NCBI GenBank assembly: GCA_044225505.1
Contig: JBGAIN010000053.1
Coordinates: forward strand, 1-48,199
Reading direction: 5' to 3'
Length of the DNA stretch: 48,199 bases
Source: Limisphaerales bacterium
GTDB lineage: Bacteria; Verrucomicrobiota; Verrucomicrobiia; Limisphaerales; SIBE01
Made by a program: the position numbers and the translations under genes. Shown piece after piece: positions 20,962 through 31,370 of the stretch (positions are counted from its first letter, which is position 1; the number at the start of each line of letters is the position of its first letter). Under the pieces are notes generated by a model. The model worked only from the letters and a program-made list of their open reading frames with translations, had not been told where the DNA came from and made no database searches.

Positions 20962-22620
20962 CTAACGCCTTATATAAACGGCTTGGAAGGTGCGGTTTGC
21001 GTCCACGGTTGTGGTAATCGCGTTGGAGGTACTGAGATCAACTCCATCTCGTTGCCACTTCTGGAAACGGTAACTACCAACGATTTGAGGGGCACTCAAA
21101 CTAACAGCAGTTCCCGCCGAATAAGTCCGCGATAAAGGCGTCGATCCCGAGCCTTGCCGATTGAGATCCCTGGGGCTCACGCTAATCGTAACGGTCCCGC
21201 TCGGCCCCGAAGACCGAATGGTAAATGTATACGATGGCGGAGATTGATAAACCGCTGTCAGCGTGTGAGCTTTGTCGACGGTCACCTGCACGGTTCGGCC
21301 GGATCCGAAATCAACGCCATCTTGCTGCCATTTCGAGAACGTGTTGCCGCCCACAGTAGCACTCGCCGTCATGCTTACGACGGACATTTGATCATAGGAA
21401 ACACTGAATGGAGTAACTCCAGAAACCACGCCATTGTGGTCACCGGGGTTCAAAGAAACCGTAGCGCCGGAGGTTGGATTCACCGACCTGACACTGAGCG
21501 TAAGAAGAGGCGGAACATAGACCGCCGTCATCGTATGCGCTCCGTCCATCGTCACCGTCGTCCTCGCCGTGACGCTGTAATCCACCCCGTTCTTCTGCCA
21601 CTTCGAGAAGTTGTTCCCTTGGGACGTGGCCGGTGCGGTCAACGTCACGACCGTCCCTTGATTGTAAGTGCGCGTGAAACTCGTCGACCCGTTCCGCGCT
21701 CCGCTGTTATCCGCCGGACTCACCGTCACCGCCACCAAACTCGCCGGATTCACCGAATTCACGGTCAAAACTTGCGTCGGCGTCGGGGTCACGTAGACCG
21801 CCGTCATGGTGTGTGCCCCGTCCATCGTCACCGTCGTCTGCGCCGTGACGCTATGATCCACCCCGTTCTTCCCCGTTCTTCTGCCACTTCGAGAAGGTGT
21901 TCCCTTGGGACGTGGCCGGCGCCGTCAACGTCACGACCGTCCCTTGATTGTAGGTGCGCGTGAAACTGGTCGATCCATTCCCTGCTCCACTGTTATCTGC
22001 CGGACTCACCGTCACCGCCACCAAGCTCGCCGGATTCACCGAGTTCACGGTCAAGACCCGAGTCACCACCGGGGTCACGTAGACCGCCGTCATGGTGTGT
22101 GCCCCGTCCATCGTCACCGTCGTCTGCGCCGTGACGCTATGATCCACCCCGTTCTTCTGCCACTTCGAGAAGTTGTTGCCTTGGGACGTGGCCGGTGCCG
22201 TCAACGTTACGACCGTCCCTTGATTGTAGGTGCGCGTGAAACTCGTCGATCCATTCCCCGCTCCACTGTTATCTGCCGGACTCACCGTCACTGCCACCAA
22301 ACTCGCCGGATTCACCGAGTTCACGGTCAAAACTTGCGTCACCACCGGGGTCACGTAGACCGCTGTCATCGTATGCGCTCCGTCCATCGTCACCGTCGTC
22401 TGCGCCGTGACGCTATGATCCACCCCGTTCTTCTGCCACTTCGAGAAGGTGTTCCCTTGGGACGTGGCCGGCGCCGTCAACGTCACGACCGTCCCTTGAT
22501 TGTAGGTGCGCGTGAAACTGGTCGATCCATTCCCTGCTCCACTGTTATCTGCCGGGCTCACTGTCACTGCAACCAAACTCGCCGGATTCACCGAATTCAC
22601 GGTCAATACCCGAGTTGCGG
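20962..22620 (-). repeat. Tandem ~276-bp coding repeats (VLTVNSVNPASLVAVTVSP...MDGAHTMTAVY)
   Basis: Four near-identical 92-aa units plus two diverged terminal units; further copies lie at about 23270-23760 and 24410-24680. Confidence 0.9.
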
Positions 22621-25600
22621 CGGCGGTCAACACATACACCTGGAGTCGTTTCAACGAATAAGACGCAGCGTTTTGTGCGAATGTGCAATAGGGGGTTTCC
22701 CCAGATTAGTTTCCGATGCCAATTTCTGCAACGTATCCGACGTGTCCTCCCCAACCGTTGAACGCAAACAGAGTTTGTCGAGACGAACTATTATGGATCT
22801 GCATGGAAGCATATCCGTCCGTCGGGTGCGCACTATCACCCCAATCGTAGAGCGTTCCGCTCGCGTTTGGCACACCGGCACTATTCGACGCGTTGTAATC
22901 GCTTGGCCAAAACTCCAGGTTGCCTCCGGTCAGGCCGTCGCCAGTTACGATCCCAGCAACACTCGAACGGACGTTCATGTTCGCCACTGCGCGTTGGAAA
23001 AAGGCCCCGGTCTGTGCCGCAGGCACCCCAATCTTGGTTACGTCCGTGGTGAATGCATCCATGGATACCCACACGTACTGTAAGGCCCCGCCGTTAGGCT
23101 GTAGTTCCAAGTAATAGCCAACTCGACTGAATGTCCCGATGCTCGAGTGATTGTCCAGCTGATAAGGAACTCCCGTGGTATTGTAGTTCGCCTGGTTGGG
23201 CAGGTCTAAGGAATAGACCAGGGTGTAGTTCGCCGCTTCGGGAACGTTTTGCGGCGCTTGCGCAGTCACGGTGTAGACCGCTGTCATGGTATGCGCTCCG
23301 TCCATCGTCACCGTCGTCTGCGCCGTGGCGCTGTAATCCACCCCGTTCTTCTGCCACTTCGAGAAGGTGTTCCCTTGAGCCGTTGCGGGTGCCGTCAGCG
23401 TCACTACCGTCCCTTGATTGTAGGTGCGTGTGAAACTCGTCGATCCATTCCCGGCCCCACCGTTATCCGACGGACTCACTGTCACCGCTACCAAACTAGC
23501 CGGGTTCACCGAGTTCACCGTCAACACTTGTGTCACCACCGGGGTCACATAGACCGCTGTCATGGTATGCGCTCCGTCCATCGTCACCGTCGTCTGCGCC
23601 GTGGCGCTGTAATCCACCCCGTTCTTCTGCCACTTCGAGAAGGTGTTCCCTTGAGCCGTTGCGGGTGCCGTCAGCGTCACTACCNNNNNNNNNNNNNNNN
23701 NNNNNNNNNNNCACCAAACTGGCCGGATTCACCGAATTCACCGTCAGCACTCGTGTCGAAGACGCCGTCAAGGCGTAGACCTGGAGCCGCTTCAATGTAT
23801 AAGAAGAAGCATTTTGAGCGAAGGTCCAATCCGGATGCTGACCGGAATAATTGCCCATTCCGAGATCGACGAGAAAGCCGGCAACTCCTCCCCAGCCGTT
23901 AAACGCCAAGAGCGTCTGGAGAGCAGTACTGTTGTGGATTTGCATCGATCCATAACCGACGTTGCTCACGGCGGCCGCGTCGCCCCAGTCGTAGACCGTG
24001 CCACTGGCGTTGGGCACTCCCACGTCATTGTTAGGGCTATAATCGCTTGGCCAAAACTCGAGGTTGCCCCCGGCAAGGCCGTCGCCAGTCACAATCCCCG
24101 CAACGCTCGAACGCACGTTCATGTTGGCCACCGAGCGTTGGAAGAAGGCACCGCTCTGCGCGGTGGGAACGCCAATCTTGCCCGCATCCGTCGTAAAAGC
24201 GTCCATGGACACCCACACGTATTGCAGCGGCCCGCTGCTGGGCTGTAGCTCTAAATAGTAGCCAACCCGGCTAAATGCTCCGATGCTGGCATGGTTATCC
24301 AACTGGTAGGGCACTCCCGTAGTGTTGTAGTTCGCCTGGTTGGGCAGGTCCAGAGAGTAGACCAGTGTGTAGTTAGCTGCCTCCGGAACATTCTGCGGCG
24401 CTTGCGGGCTGACCGTATAGACCGCTGTCATCGTGTGATTTCCGTCCATTGTCACGGTCGTCTGCGCATTGACGCTGTAATCCACCCCATTCTTCTGCCA
24501 CTTCAAGAAATTATTTCCCTGGGCGGTCGAGGATGCCGTCAAGGTCACAACCGCGCCGGACGCGTACGACCGACTGAACGAAGTCACGCCATTTCCCGCC
24601 CCGTTGCTGTCCACCGGAGACACCGTAACGCTCACCCCGCTGCTGGGGTTTGAGGAATTAACCGTCAACACCCGCGACGACGTCCCGGGCAAAACGTAGA
24701 CTTGAAGAGTCTTCGCCACGTATCCGGACGCGTTCTGCGCGAAAGTCCAGTCCGGGTGCTGCCCCGAGTAGTTCCCAATCCCGAGATCGACCAGGTAGCC
24801 TGGATCCGACCCCCAACCATTGAAGCCAAACACGGTCTGTTGTGCCGTGCTATTGTGAACTTGCATCGAGCCGTAGCCGACATTGTTGGGCGCCGCCGCA
24901 TCCCCCCAGTCGTAGACCGTTCCGCTGGCATTAGGCACACCGACCTCGTTATTCGGACTGTAGTCGCTCGGCCAGAACTCAAGGTTCCCGCCGCTCAATC
25001 CGTCGCCCGTCACCACCCCGGCCACACTCGAGCGCACGTTCATGTTGGCCACGGGCCGTTGGAAGATCGCGCCACTGGACGATGCAGGGACTCCAATTTT
25101 CGTTGCATCGGTGGTGAAGGCATCCATCGACACCCATACATACTGCGCCGTTCTGCCAGGCTCCTGGAGTTCGAGATAGTAAGCGACTCGAGTGAACGAT
25201 CCGGCATTGAGATGATCGTCAAGCTCATAGGGCACGCCGGTCGTGTTGTAATTCGCCTGCCCCGGAATTTTGAGGGAATAGACGAGCCGGTAACTGGAAG
25301 CCTCCGCCACCGGGCCCGAAGTGAAGGGAGCGGTTGATCCGGGAGCGATCATATTCTGCTGAGGCGTGCGGTCGACAACGCCACTCACTGTGAGCAGATA
25401 CGATGCGGAAGAGGCCTGTTCGCTCGTCGTTAAAGTCACCACACGCTTGGACGCATCTAAGCTAGCTTGAGTGACGGTAACCCCTCCATTAATGCTGAAA
25501 TTATTCACGACAGCCGATGCATCGGCAATCGGTTTACTAAAAGTCACTACGGCATGGTGAAGATCCACCTGGCCAATCACACGAAGTATGGCCGGGGGAT

Positions 25601-26291
25601 CACTTGTCCCGTTCGGACTGACAATTTGGGTCACCGCCGGAAACCAAGTGTTGCCCACCTTGTCATACCCCGGCTGGTTGGGGTGGACTCCATCCGACAA
25701 ATCCGCCGCTCCACAGCAACTGCGCAAATCCACAAACGAAACCTTTCGCCCGAGCGCCGCTTGCTGACTAACGACCGCAGGAATAAAAGGGTTGTAGCTC
25801 GATTGAATCACACCGTCCCAGACGTCCGTCCTTAGTAAAAGATTGGCCACGACGATCCTTGTGTAGGGTCGGATTGTCGCAATTCGAACAATGAGACTCT
25901 CGAGTCGGTTGATCGCATTGGGCGGGTCGTTATTCTGCGCAAAGTCGTTGGTGCCGATCAACAGCAGGATCACGTCCGGATCGTCAATTTCACTGACCCA
26001 AGTCTCGAAACCAGCATCGATCTCGTCGATTCGATATCCACCATGTCCTTCATGATTTAGGTCTGGCAACCCGGGCACAGCATTGGCGTCGCTCTGGGAC
26101 CCGACAAAATCAATCGTGTAACCCGCCGCAAGCAGGGCATTATACAACCGCGTTCGGTACGCTCCTTCAAAATTGCAGCACCCCGACGTGATCGAATCAC
26201 CCAAAGGCATGATCCTGACCGGCAGCGACGCCGCGCTGCTCAGGCCAGCCGTCGCAAGGACAATGGCTAAGATTAGTATAAACCGTCTCAT
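20962..26291 (-). CDS. Giant secreted SGNH/GDSL hydrolase with Ig-like domain, 3 copies of a ~205-aa domain and ~9 copies of a ~92-aa beta repeat; interrupted in this assembly
   Basis: IMPLGDSIT, HEGHGG, LLIGTND, DGVHPN SGNH blocks; ORFs 23496-26291, 22706-23680, 21851-22654 and 20962-21861 carry contiguous pieces; breaks are an N gap (23685-23711), an in-frame TAA (22706-22708) and a 10-bp duplication (21861-21880). Confidence 0.85.
23685..23711. other. Assembly gap (27 N)
   Basis: Run of n inside the tandem repeat region. Confidence 1.
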
Positions 26292-26354
26292 ATCAAGATG
26301 GAGACAAAGGCCGCCGTGTAGGATCTAAATTCCGCCGGGTTGCGGTGAATCGAG

Positions 26355-26966
26355 TCAGCGCAGAATGTCAGAGTCGGCTTCTGGAAGGTCGGTTCCATCA
26401 ATCACGGTGAGCAGGCGAGCATTGGCCGCTACCCGAATGGACACTGGCGCTGGGAGATTCGATGGCACGTCAAAATAGACAAGCATCCGGCTTGTTCGAG
26501 GCACTTCGTTGCCTTTCCCCTTGCTGTTCGCCGCAATCGTCATCGTAGGCGTGATATAGTCCCCCCCCTTGCGCACCAACCAATGCTCCGCAGGATACTC
26601 GACACCATTAGCGTCCACCAAGGTCGCATCGGGTTTCCCAGCCCAGAGCTGTGTATCAGGAGCTTCAGTTGTCGCCCACCGGCTCCGGACTTCAATAATG
26701 ATAAACTGCCCTTTGACCGCTTGACGAGTTACCTTCCGATCGGTACCGCGCTTGCCGTTCTGAAAATCTGGATAGACCTCGGAGACGACAGGCCGCTTGA
26801 TGGCTCGCACCGATTCGATCAGCCAGCCCCGAGCGGTCACGGCGGCGACCGCCGCCGCTCGAGCGGCCGACTGATCCGCCACAACCTCAGCCCCCCGGAC
26901 CGCGACACGATAGCCGGACGCCCCGATCACGAGCAGCGTGGTAAGAGACAAAAGACACTTATTCAT
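26355..26966 (-). CDS. Secreted hypothetical protein (DUF4352-like beta fold possible)
   Basis: Signal-peptide-like MNKCLLSLTTLLVIGA; FIIIEV, TLVDANGVEY and LVYFDVP pattern. Confidence 0.65.
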   Translation of the reverse strand: MNKCLLSLTTLLVIGASGYRVAVRGAEVVADQSAARAAAVAAVTARGWLIESVRAIKRPVVSEVYPDFQNGKRGTDRKVTRQAVKGQFIIIEVRSRWATTEAPDTQLWAGKPDATLVDANGVEYPAEHWLVRKGGDYITPTMTIAANSKGKGNEVPRTSRMLVYFDVPSNLPAPVSIRVAANARLLTVIDGTDLPEADSDILR

Positions 26967-27388
26967 TAGAATGCGACGATTTTTGGATAACTGGATTAAC
27001 TCCGCATTCAATGTATCCGTCTCGAATCGGTTCGCAAGGTGGAAGATTACGTAAGCCCTTCGCCCCGAGGTAAACGCTCTAGCCCATGCCAGGTCTGGCC
27101 ACACCTGGCAAGCTGCCCCAGGTGGACAAACTTTAAACGATCAAAGTTCGTCCGGACGGGCGTGAAGATGCGCAATGTCTCGAATGCAACCCTCGCTAAG
27201 GACAAGCCTTACGGAAACTAGCCCCGTCCGGACCGAATCGATCAGATCGCCAAAACCGCAATTCTTTGCATCCCGACCTTCGAGCTAGATTCTTACAATT
27301 GAGAATCACGCGCCACGGGATCGCCTGATGGGAAAAAAGTTGAACTTCAAATATCCGCTTCTCAGTTTTCAACCTTCAGCTTTTGGCC

Positions 27389-29629
27389 TTAATTCACCCA
27401 CGGTCGGGCCTGCTTGATGACAAGCTGGCCCTGGCTCGTGACCTTGTATTCGATCTCCATCGCGAAGCTAGCGGCCGTCGCCTGATAGCGGGTGCGAAAA
27501 TTCTGCAGAATCGTTGTCAAGTAAGAGCGGAGCTGGTTGAGGTGCGTGGGTGACAGCAACCGTGTCCCTTCCGGAACAAGGTTCGATGCGCGCATGAGGG
27601 TCGATCCGGTTCCCGACGCAGCTAACAGAACTTCCTCAGGCACGGAAAGCACGTTCGGATTGGTCACAAGGTCTTCCCCAAGCTGGGAATTGAGGTAGTA
27701 ATTGCCTTGGGTTTGGTAAAGCGGATCCTTTGTCACGCCAACGCCATTGGCTTGCTCATCCGAAAAGTTGGGATAGACCAGCACCCCCATTGCGGCGGCT
27801 AGGTGATCAACCCGGTAAAACTCGCGCTCCTCGAATGCCCGGTAGTTCCAAAGACTCGCGAAGACTTGTTTGATCGTTTTCGACAAATGCCCCTCCTCCG
27901 GATGATGGGTGAACGAATCGTAAAGCCCCGCGCCATTGAACCCTGGCAAATCCTCGTTGTTGGTACTCGACCGACATCGGATGGAAGTCTCGGCCGTGTA
28001 TTTCGATTGCAGTTCTGTCAGGTCGGCCATCATCCAGTCGGGCATCGCTGCGTCTTTGATCCGCTTGCGAAAGGCCTCCAGCTTGATCTCTTGCACGTCA
28101 GCGCGGTCGCGGAATGCCGGATCTTCCATCATTGAAATCGCTTCAGCGTAGAGACCGTTGAACTTCATAAACTCGTCGTAAAAGTAAAACGGCACCGCAA
28201 ACCCGTCCGGAATTGTCCCTTCCGGGAATCCGAAAGTGCGCATCGTAGCGACATTGGCCGCCTTCACCCCGACGCTGGTCGAATCCGCAAACGCCACTGC
28301 ACTGAGCGGCCGAATTGTTGTCACGGCGAGATTCCGGACAGGTATTTGAGTTTCTTTGGGCCTAAGGTCGGCGAAATAGGTATCGAGCTCCTGCACCGTC
28401 GCTTCGCGAATTTCGTAACCGTCTGAATCCACCTTGTAGAAAACATTTTTGCCGATCAGCCCGGCGATCGCGGGATTGGTGGAAGCCCCAATGATGAAGG
28501 AGTTCGGGCTGTTATCCTGGATGGCGCGCAGGTTGACGTGGGAGAGCGGCGTCTGCGGAACTTCCGTGATAATTCCTGCCACACGCGACAGCTCGTTCGG
28601 CAGACTTCGGAAAATAACAATGTCCCGGGCGCTGGGCAGTTCGCCAGCGTTCATCAAACGGAGCCGGCCGAAAGCTTGGGCGAGATGGAGCGGGAGATAG
28701 CCAATGTCTTTCGGCAACAAGTCTGCATCCAGATAAACCGGAATGCGCGAGACCGCATAGAGCGCCTTCTCCTGGCTGACGCGGGAGATCGCCGGTCCGA
28801 TCGGATGATATCCCAGATTGTTTTTCACGACGGGAGCGTTTGCCGCCACCAGTTCCTGCGCCAACTCGATCCGGTCGAAGGGAAACGAGTCATTCGGCTC
28901 AAACTCAATCGTGTACAAGCCAGGTTCACCGCTTGGCGCCCGGAGTAGTGGATGGAACACCATCACACCACGCATCGTTCCCGACGTGGTCCCGCCCCCA
29001 CGCCCACCCTGCACGATGCCAACGGCGCGCATGAAACTGGGATGGCTCCGATGGGTGACTGTGTTTATGAAAAAAAGCTCGGGTTGCGCTGTGTTTGCTT
29101 TCTCGATTTGGAATTTGACGAACTCCAGGCCTTTCAACTGGGTATCGATGCCCACGGAATCTCCCTGGTAGGAAAGTTCCTTGAAGAGCGCGCGGTCTGG
29201 AATCGAAGCCGTGCCGTTTGAGAAGGCGATTTCCTTGGCCGGATTCAGCGGACTAAGTCGGACGGGATTCTTCAATTCCGTGACGTCGTCAATACCGTCT
29301 CCGTCGGTATCCGCTGGAGCGCTGATCAAATTCTCCACAATCCGATAGTATCCGCCCGCGCCTGAAGCTCCCAACCCTTCCGTCAAGTCCAGGATTCCCT
29401 CGGTCCCGAGCGCCATGGCCACCGGTTTATAAGAAGCCGGCTTTAGAGTCTGACTTCGAAAAAGGACGTAATATCGGTCTGATTTGGACGCAATCTGGAA
29501 TCGCAGCCTGCCGTCGCGTTGGATGGCCGCCTGGAGCAATCCTTCGTTCGCGGCGAGCTCGCGCGGGCTTGCTGCCCAAGCCAAGAAGAGGAAGAAAAGC
29601 AAACGGAGAGAATCTCGAATTGTGGTCAT
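27389..29629 (-). CDS. Signal-peptide-bearing PEP/pyruvate-binding (PPDK_N / PEP synthase ATP-grasp) domain protein
   Basis: GVKAANV, IPDGFAVPF, RCRSSTNNEDLPGFNGAGLYDS, VFASLWN, EIEYK, IKQARP; N-terminal signal peptide; no phospho-His domain after QARP. Confidence 0.88.
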   Translation of the reverse strand: MTTIRDSLRLLFFLFLAWAASPRELAANEGLLQAAIQRDGRLRFQIASKSDRYYVLFRSQTLKPASYKPVAMALGTEGILDLTEGLGASGAGGYYRIVENLISAPADTDGDGIDDVTELKNPVRLSPLNPAKEIAFSNGTASIPDRALFKELSYQGDSVGIDTQLKGLEFVKFQIEKANTAQPELFFINTVTHRSHPSFMRAVGIVQGGRGGGTTSGTMRGVMVFHPLLRAPSGEPGLYTIEFEPNDSFPFDRIELAQELVAANAPVVKNNLGYHPIGPAISRVSQEKALYAVSRIPVYLDADLLPKDIGYLPLHLAQAFGRLRLMNAGELPSARDIVIFRSLPNELSRVAGIITEVPQTPLSHVNLRAIQDNSPNSFIIGASTNPAIAGLIGKNVFYKVDSDGYEIREATVQELDTYFADLRPKETQIPVRNLAVTTIRPLSAVAFADSTSVGVKAANVATMRTFGFPEGTIPDGFAVPFYFYDEFMKFNGLYAEAISMMEDPAFRDRADVQEIKLEAFRKRIKDAAMPDWMMADLTELQSKYTAETSIRCRSSTNNEDLPGFNGAGLYDSFTHHPEEGHLSKTIKQVFASLWNYRAFEEREFYRVDHLAAAMGVLVYPNFSDEQANGVGVTKDPLYQTQGNYYLNSQLGEDLVTNPNVLSVPEEVLLAASGTGSTLMRASNLVPEGTRLLSPTHLNQLRSYLTTILQNFRTRYQATAASFAMEIEYKVTSQGQLVIKQARPWVN

Positions 29630-29803
29630 AGCAATTCCCTAACGTCGCGCCCAACGGGATGCGCGACACGCGGTCGGAAAGAACTTACACGATTCTGGTT
29701 AAGAGAACATTAAGGTTCCGCATTGTGCGATTTGCTCGCACTTCCCAGACGGTAAATCGACGTTCTCAACCAGTCACCTTGGCTGGCTTCGGCCTGGGTA
29801 AGC

Positions 29804-31084
29804 TCAATTTCGTTGAATCCGATAGAAGCGAATGGGTGTGTTCTCCGTGGAATAGAACCGCGTCACGACATTTCCAGTTCCTGTAATCGTTTGTTCGATT
29901 GTCGCCCAGGCAGCTAAGTCGGCAGAACCCTCGATTCGATAACTGACCCCCGTCGCAGCGTTGAACCGGAATTCGATCGCAGTGCGAATGGAGAGATCCG
30001 ATTCCGGAGTGCTCGTCGCCACGTTGGGGTTACTATTATGCAGTACTTCAAACCCGTCATTGAAGCCGTCCCCATCCCCATCCGCCTTGAGTGGGTTCGT
30101 GCCGGTGTTAGCCGCTGTCACGAACGTGCCGGTGTTCGTTTCGACACCGTCCTTTAAACCGTCGCCGTCCGTGTCGGGATTTACTGGGCTGGTTCCGGTT
30201 TTCCCAACGTCCACGAAGGTGCCAGTGCCCGTCTCGGCTCCATCGTTGAGTCCGTCGCCATCGGAATCCGGATTGTTGGCAAACGTGCCATTTTCGTATT
30301 CCGCCAGGTTCTTCACTCCGTCGTTGTCCAGGTCTGAACCGCTGTCGTTGGCGTTGGCGTTAAGTCCATTGGCTTTCTCGTAAATGTCAGGAATGCCATC
30401 ACCATCGGAATCCCCCGGCTTTCCGGTCTGTTCGTTAATAAACCCGTAATGATGAAACGTGTCGCCGTCGGCCACCGCGTCCAGCTTGAGGACGAGCGTA
30501 CCTTCAGCTGGACCGACATATTCGTAACTGATCATGGCTCCCGGGTTACCGGCGTCCGTAGCTTCAAATGCGGTCGGATCCGCTGGATCCCGGGCCACGC
30601 GCGTGCCATCGCGGCCCAACCGCGTCTTCACGTTCGGCGCGTCGCTCGCCGTGACATCAATGGCAGCATTACCCCAACCGCTGACGAAAAAGGAGAGCCT
30701 GTAAGTATGAGCTTCCCGCAAGCCGGTCAGCGTCAACGTCTGAAACCCATCCGCGGCGCTTCCGTAGTAAAAGTCAGTCAGCAAATCGCCTACTCCCGTG
30801 CCGGCGAAGACCCCCTCCCCATTGTTGATGAAGCGGCCTGTTGGACCTGTCAGGCTGTAATTGGATCCGGTCATTCCTTTGGAAGTGAACTTGACCCCGT
30901 TGATGGTGGCCGGGGCGGCATCATCACCAAAGTCGACGAGATGCGTGAAGATCTTGGTGGAATCGATGCCTGTTTCCGCATCGTCGCCCGTAATGTTGGT
31001 GAAGCTCCAAGTCCCAGCCAATCCAGGAACGGTCGTTAAGCTGAGGGCGAGGGCGATCGATGAAAGAAGTCGAGAGTACTTCAT
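29804..31084 (-). CDS. Secreted protein with Ca-binding DxDxDG (thrombospondin type-3-like) repeats
   Basis: Signal peptide MKYSRLLSSIALALSL; DSDGDGIPD, DLDNDG, DSDGDGLND, DTDGDGLKD, DGDGDGFND; C-terminal YRIEGSADL..W...RFYRI domain. Confidence 0.85.
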   Translation of the reverse strand: MKYSRLLSSIALALSLTTVPGLAGTWSFTNITGDDAETGIDSTKIFTHLVDFGDDAAPATINGVKFTSKGMTGSNYSLTGPTGRFINNGEGVFAGTGVGDLLTDFYYGSAADGFQTLTLTGLREAHTYRLSFFVSGWGNAAIDVTASDAPNVKTRLGRDGTRVARDPADPTAFEATDAGNPGAMISYEYVGPAEGTLVLKLDAVADGDTFHHYGFINEQTGKPGDSDGDGIPDIYEKANGLNANANDSGSDLDNDGVKNLAEYENGTFANNPDSDGDGLNDGAETGTGTFVDVGKTGTSPVNPDTDGDGLKDGVETNTGTFVTAANTGTNPLKADGDGDGFNDGFEVLHNSNPNVATSTPESDLSIRTAIEFRFNAATGVSYRIEGSADLAAWATIEQTITGTGNVVTRFYSTENTPIRFYRIQRN

Positions 31085-31370
31085 AAAATTTCCTGTGTGA
31101 ATGGTGAAGAACCGAGCATGTCCCAACGCCGTGGCGCCGTCGAGAAGAATGGAATGCGTTATCGCGAAGTTTATCCAACCTTCCTAAATCGGAAGCGACG
31201 GCCCCGTTCAGCCGTATCCATTCGTTTACCCTCTCCTCGGCCTTGCCTTTAGATGGAGGTCCAGCCGCCGACCAAGCGGGCGAGTCTCTTGACGAGTCCA
31301 GTAGATAGCTTCTTTCTTCTCAGGACAACGCGTTGGGTCACGTCGATTCGACGGGTGCCCACGTGCAAAT

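Noticed and set aside
21154..23902. Long His/Arg-rich plus-strand ORFs
   Set aside because: Antisense shadows of the Thr/Val-rich repeat protein
20962..24700. CRISPR array or DGR template/variable repeats
   Set aside because: The repeats are in-frame 276-bp coding units with mostly synonymous differences; there are no spacers, cas genes or reverse transcriptase
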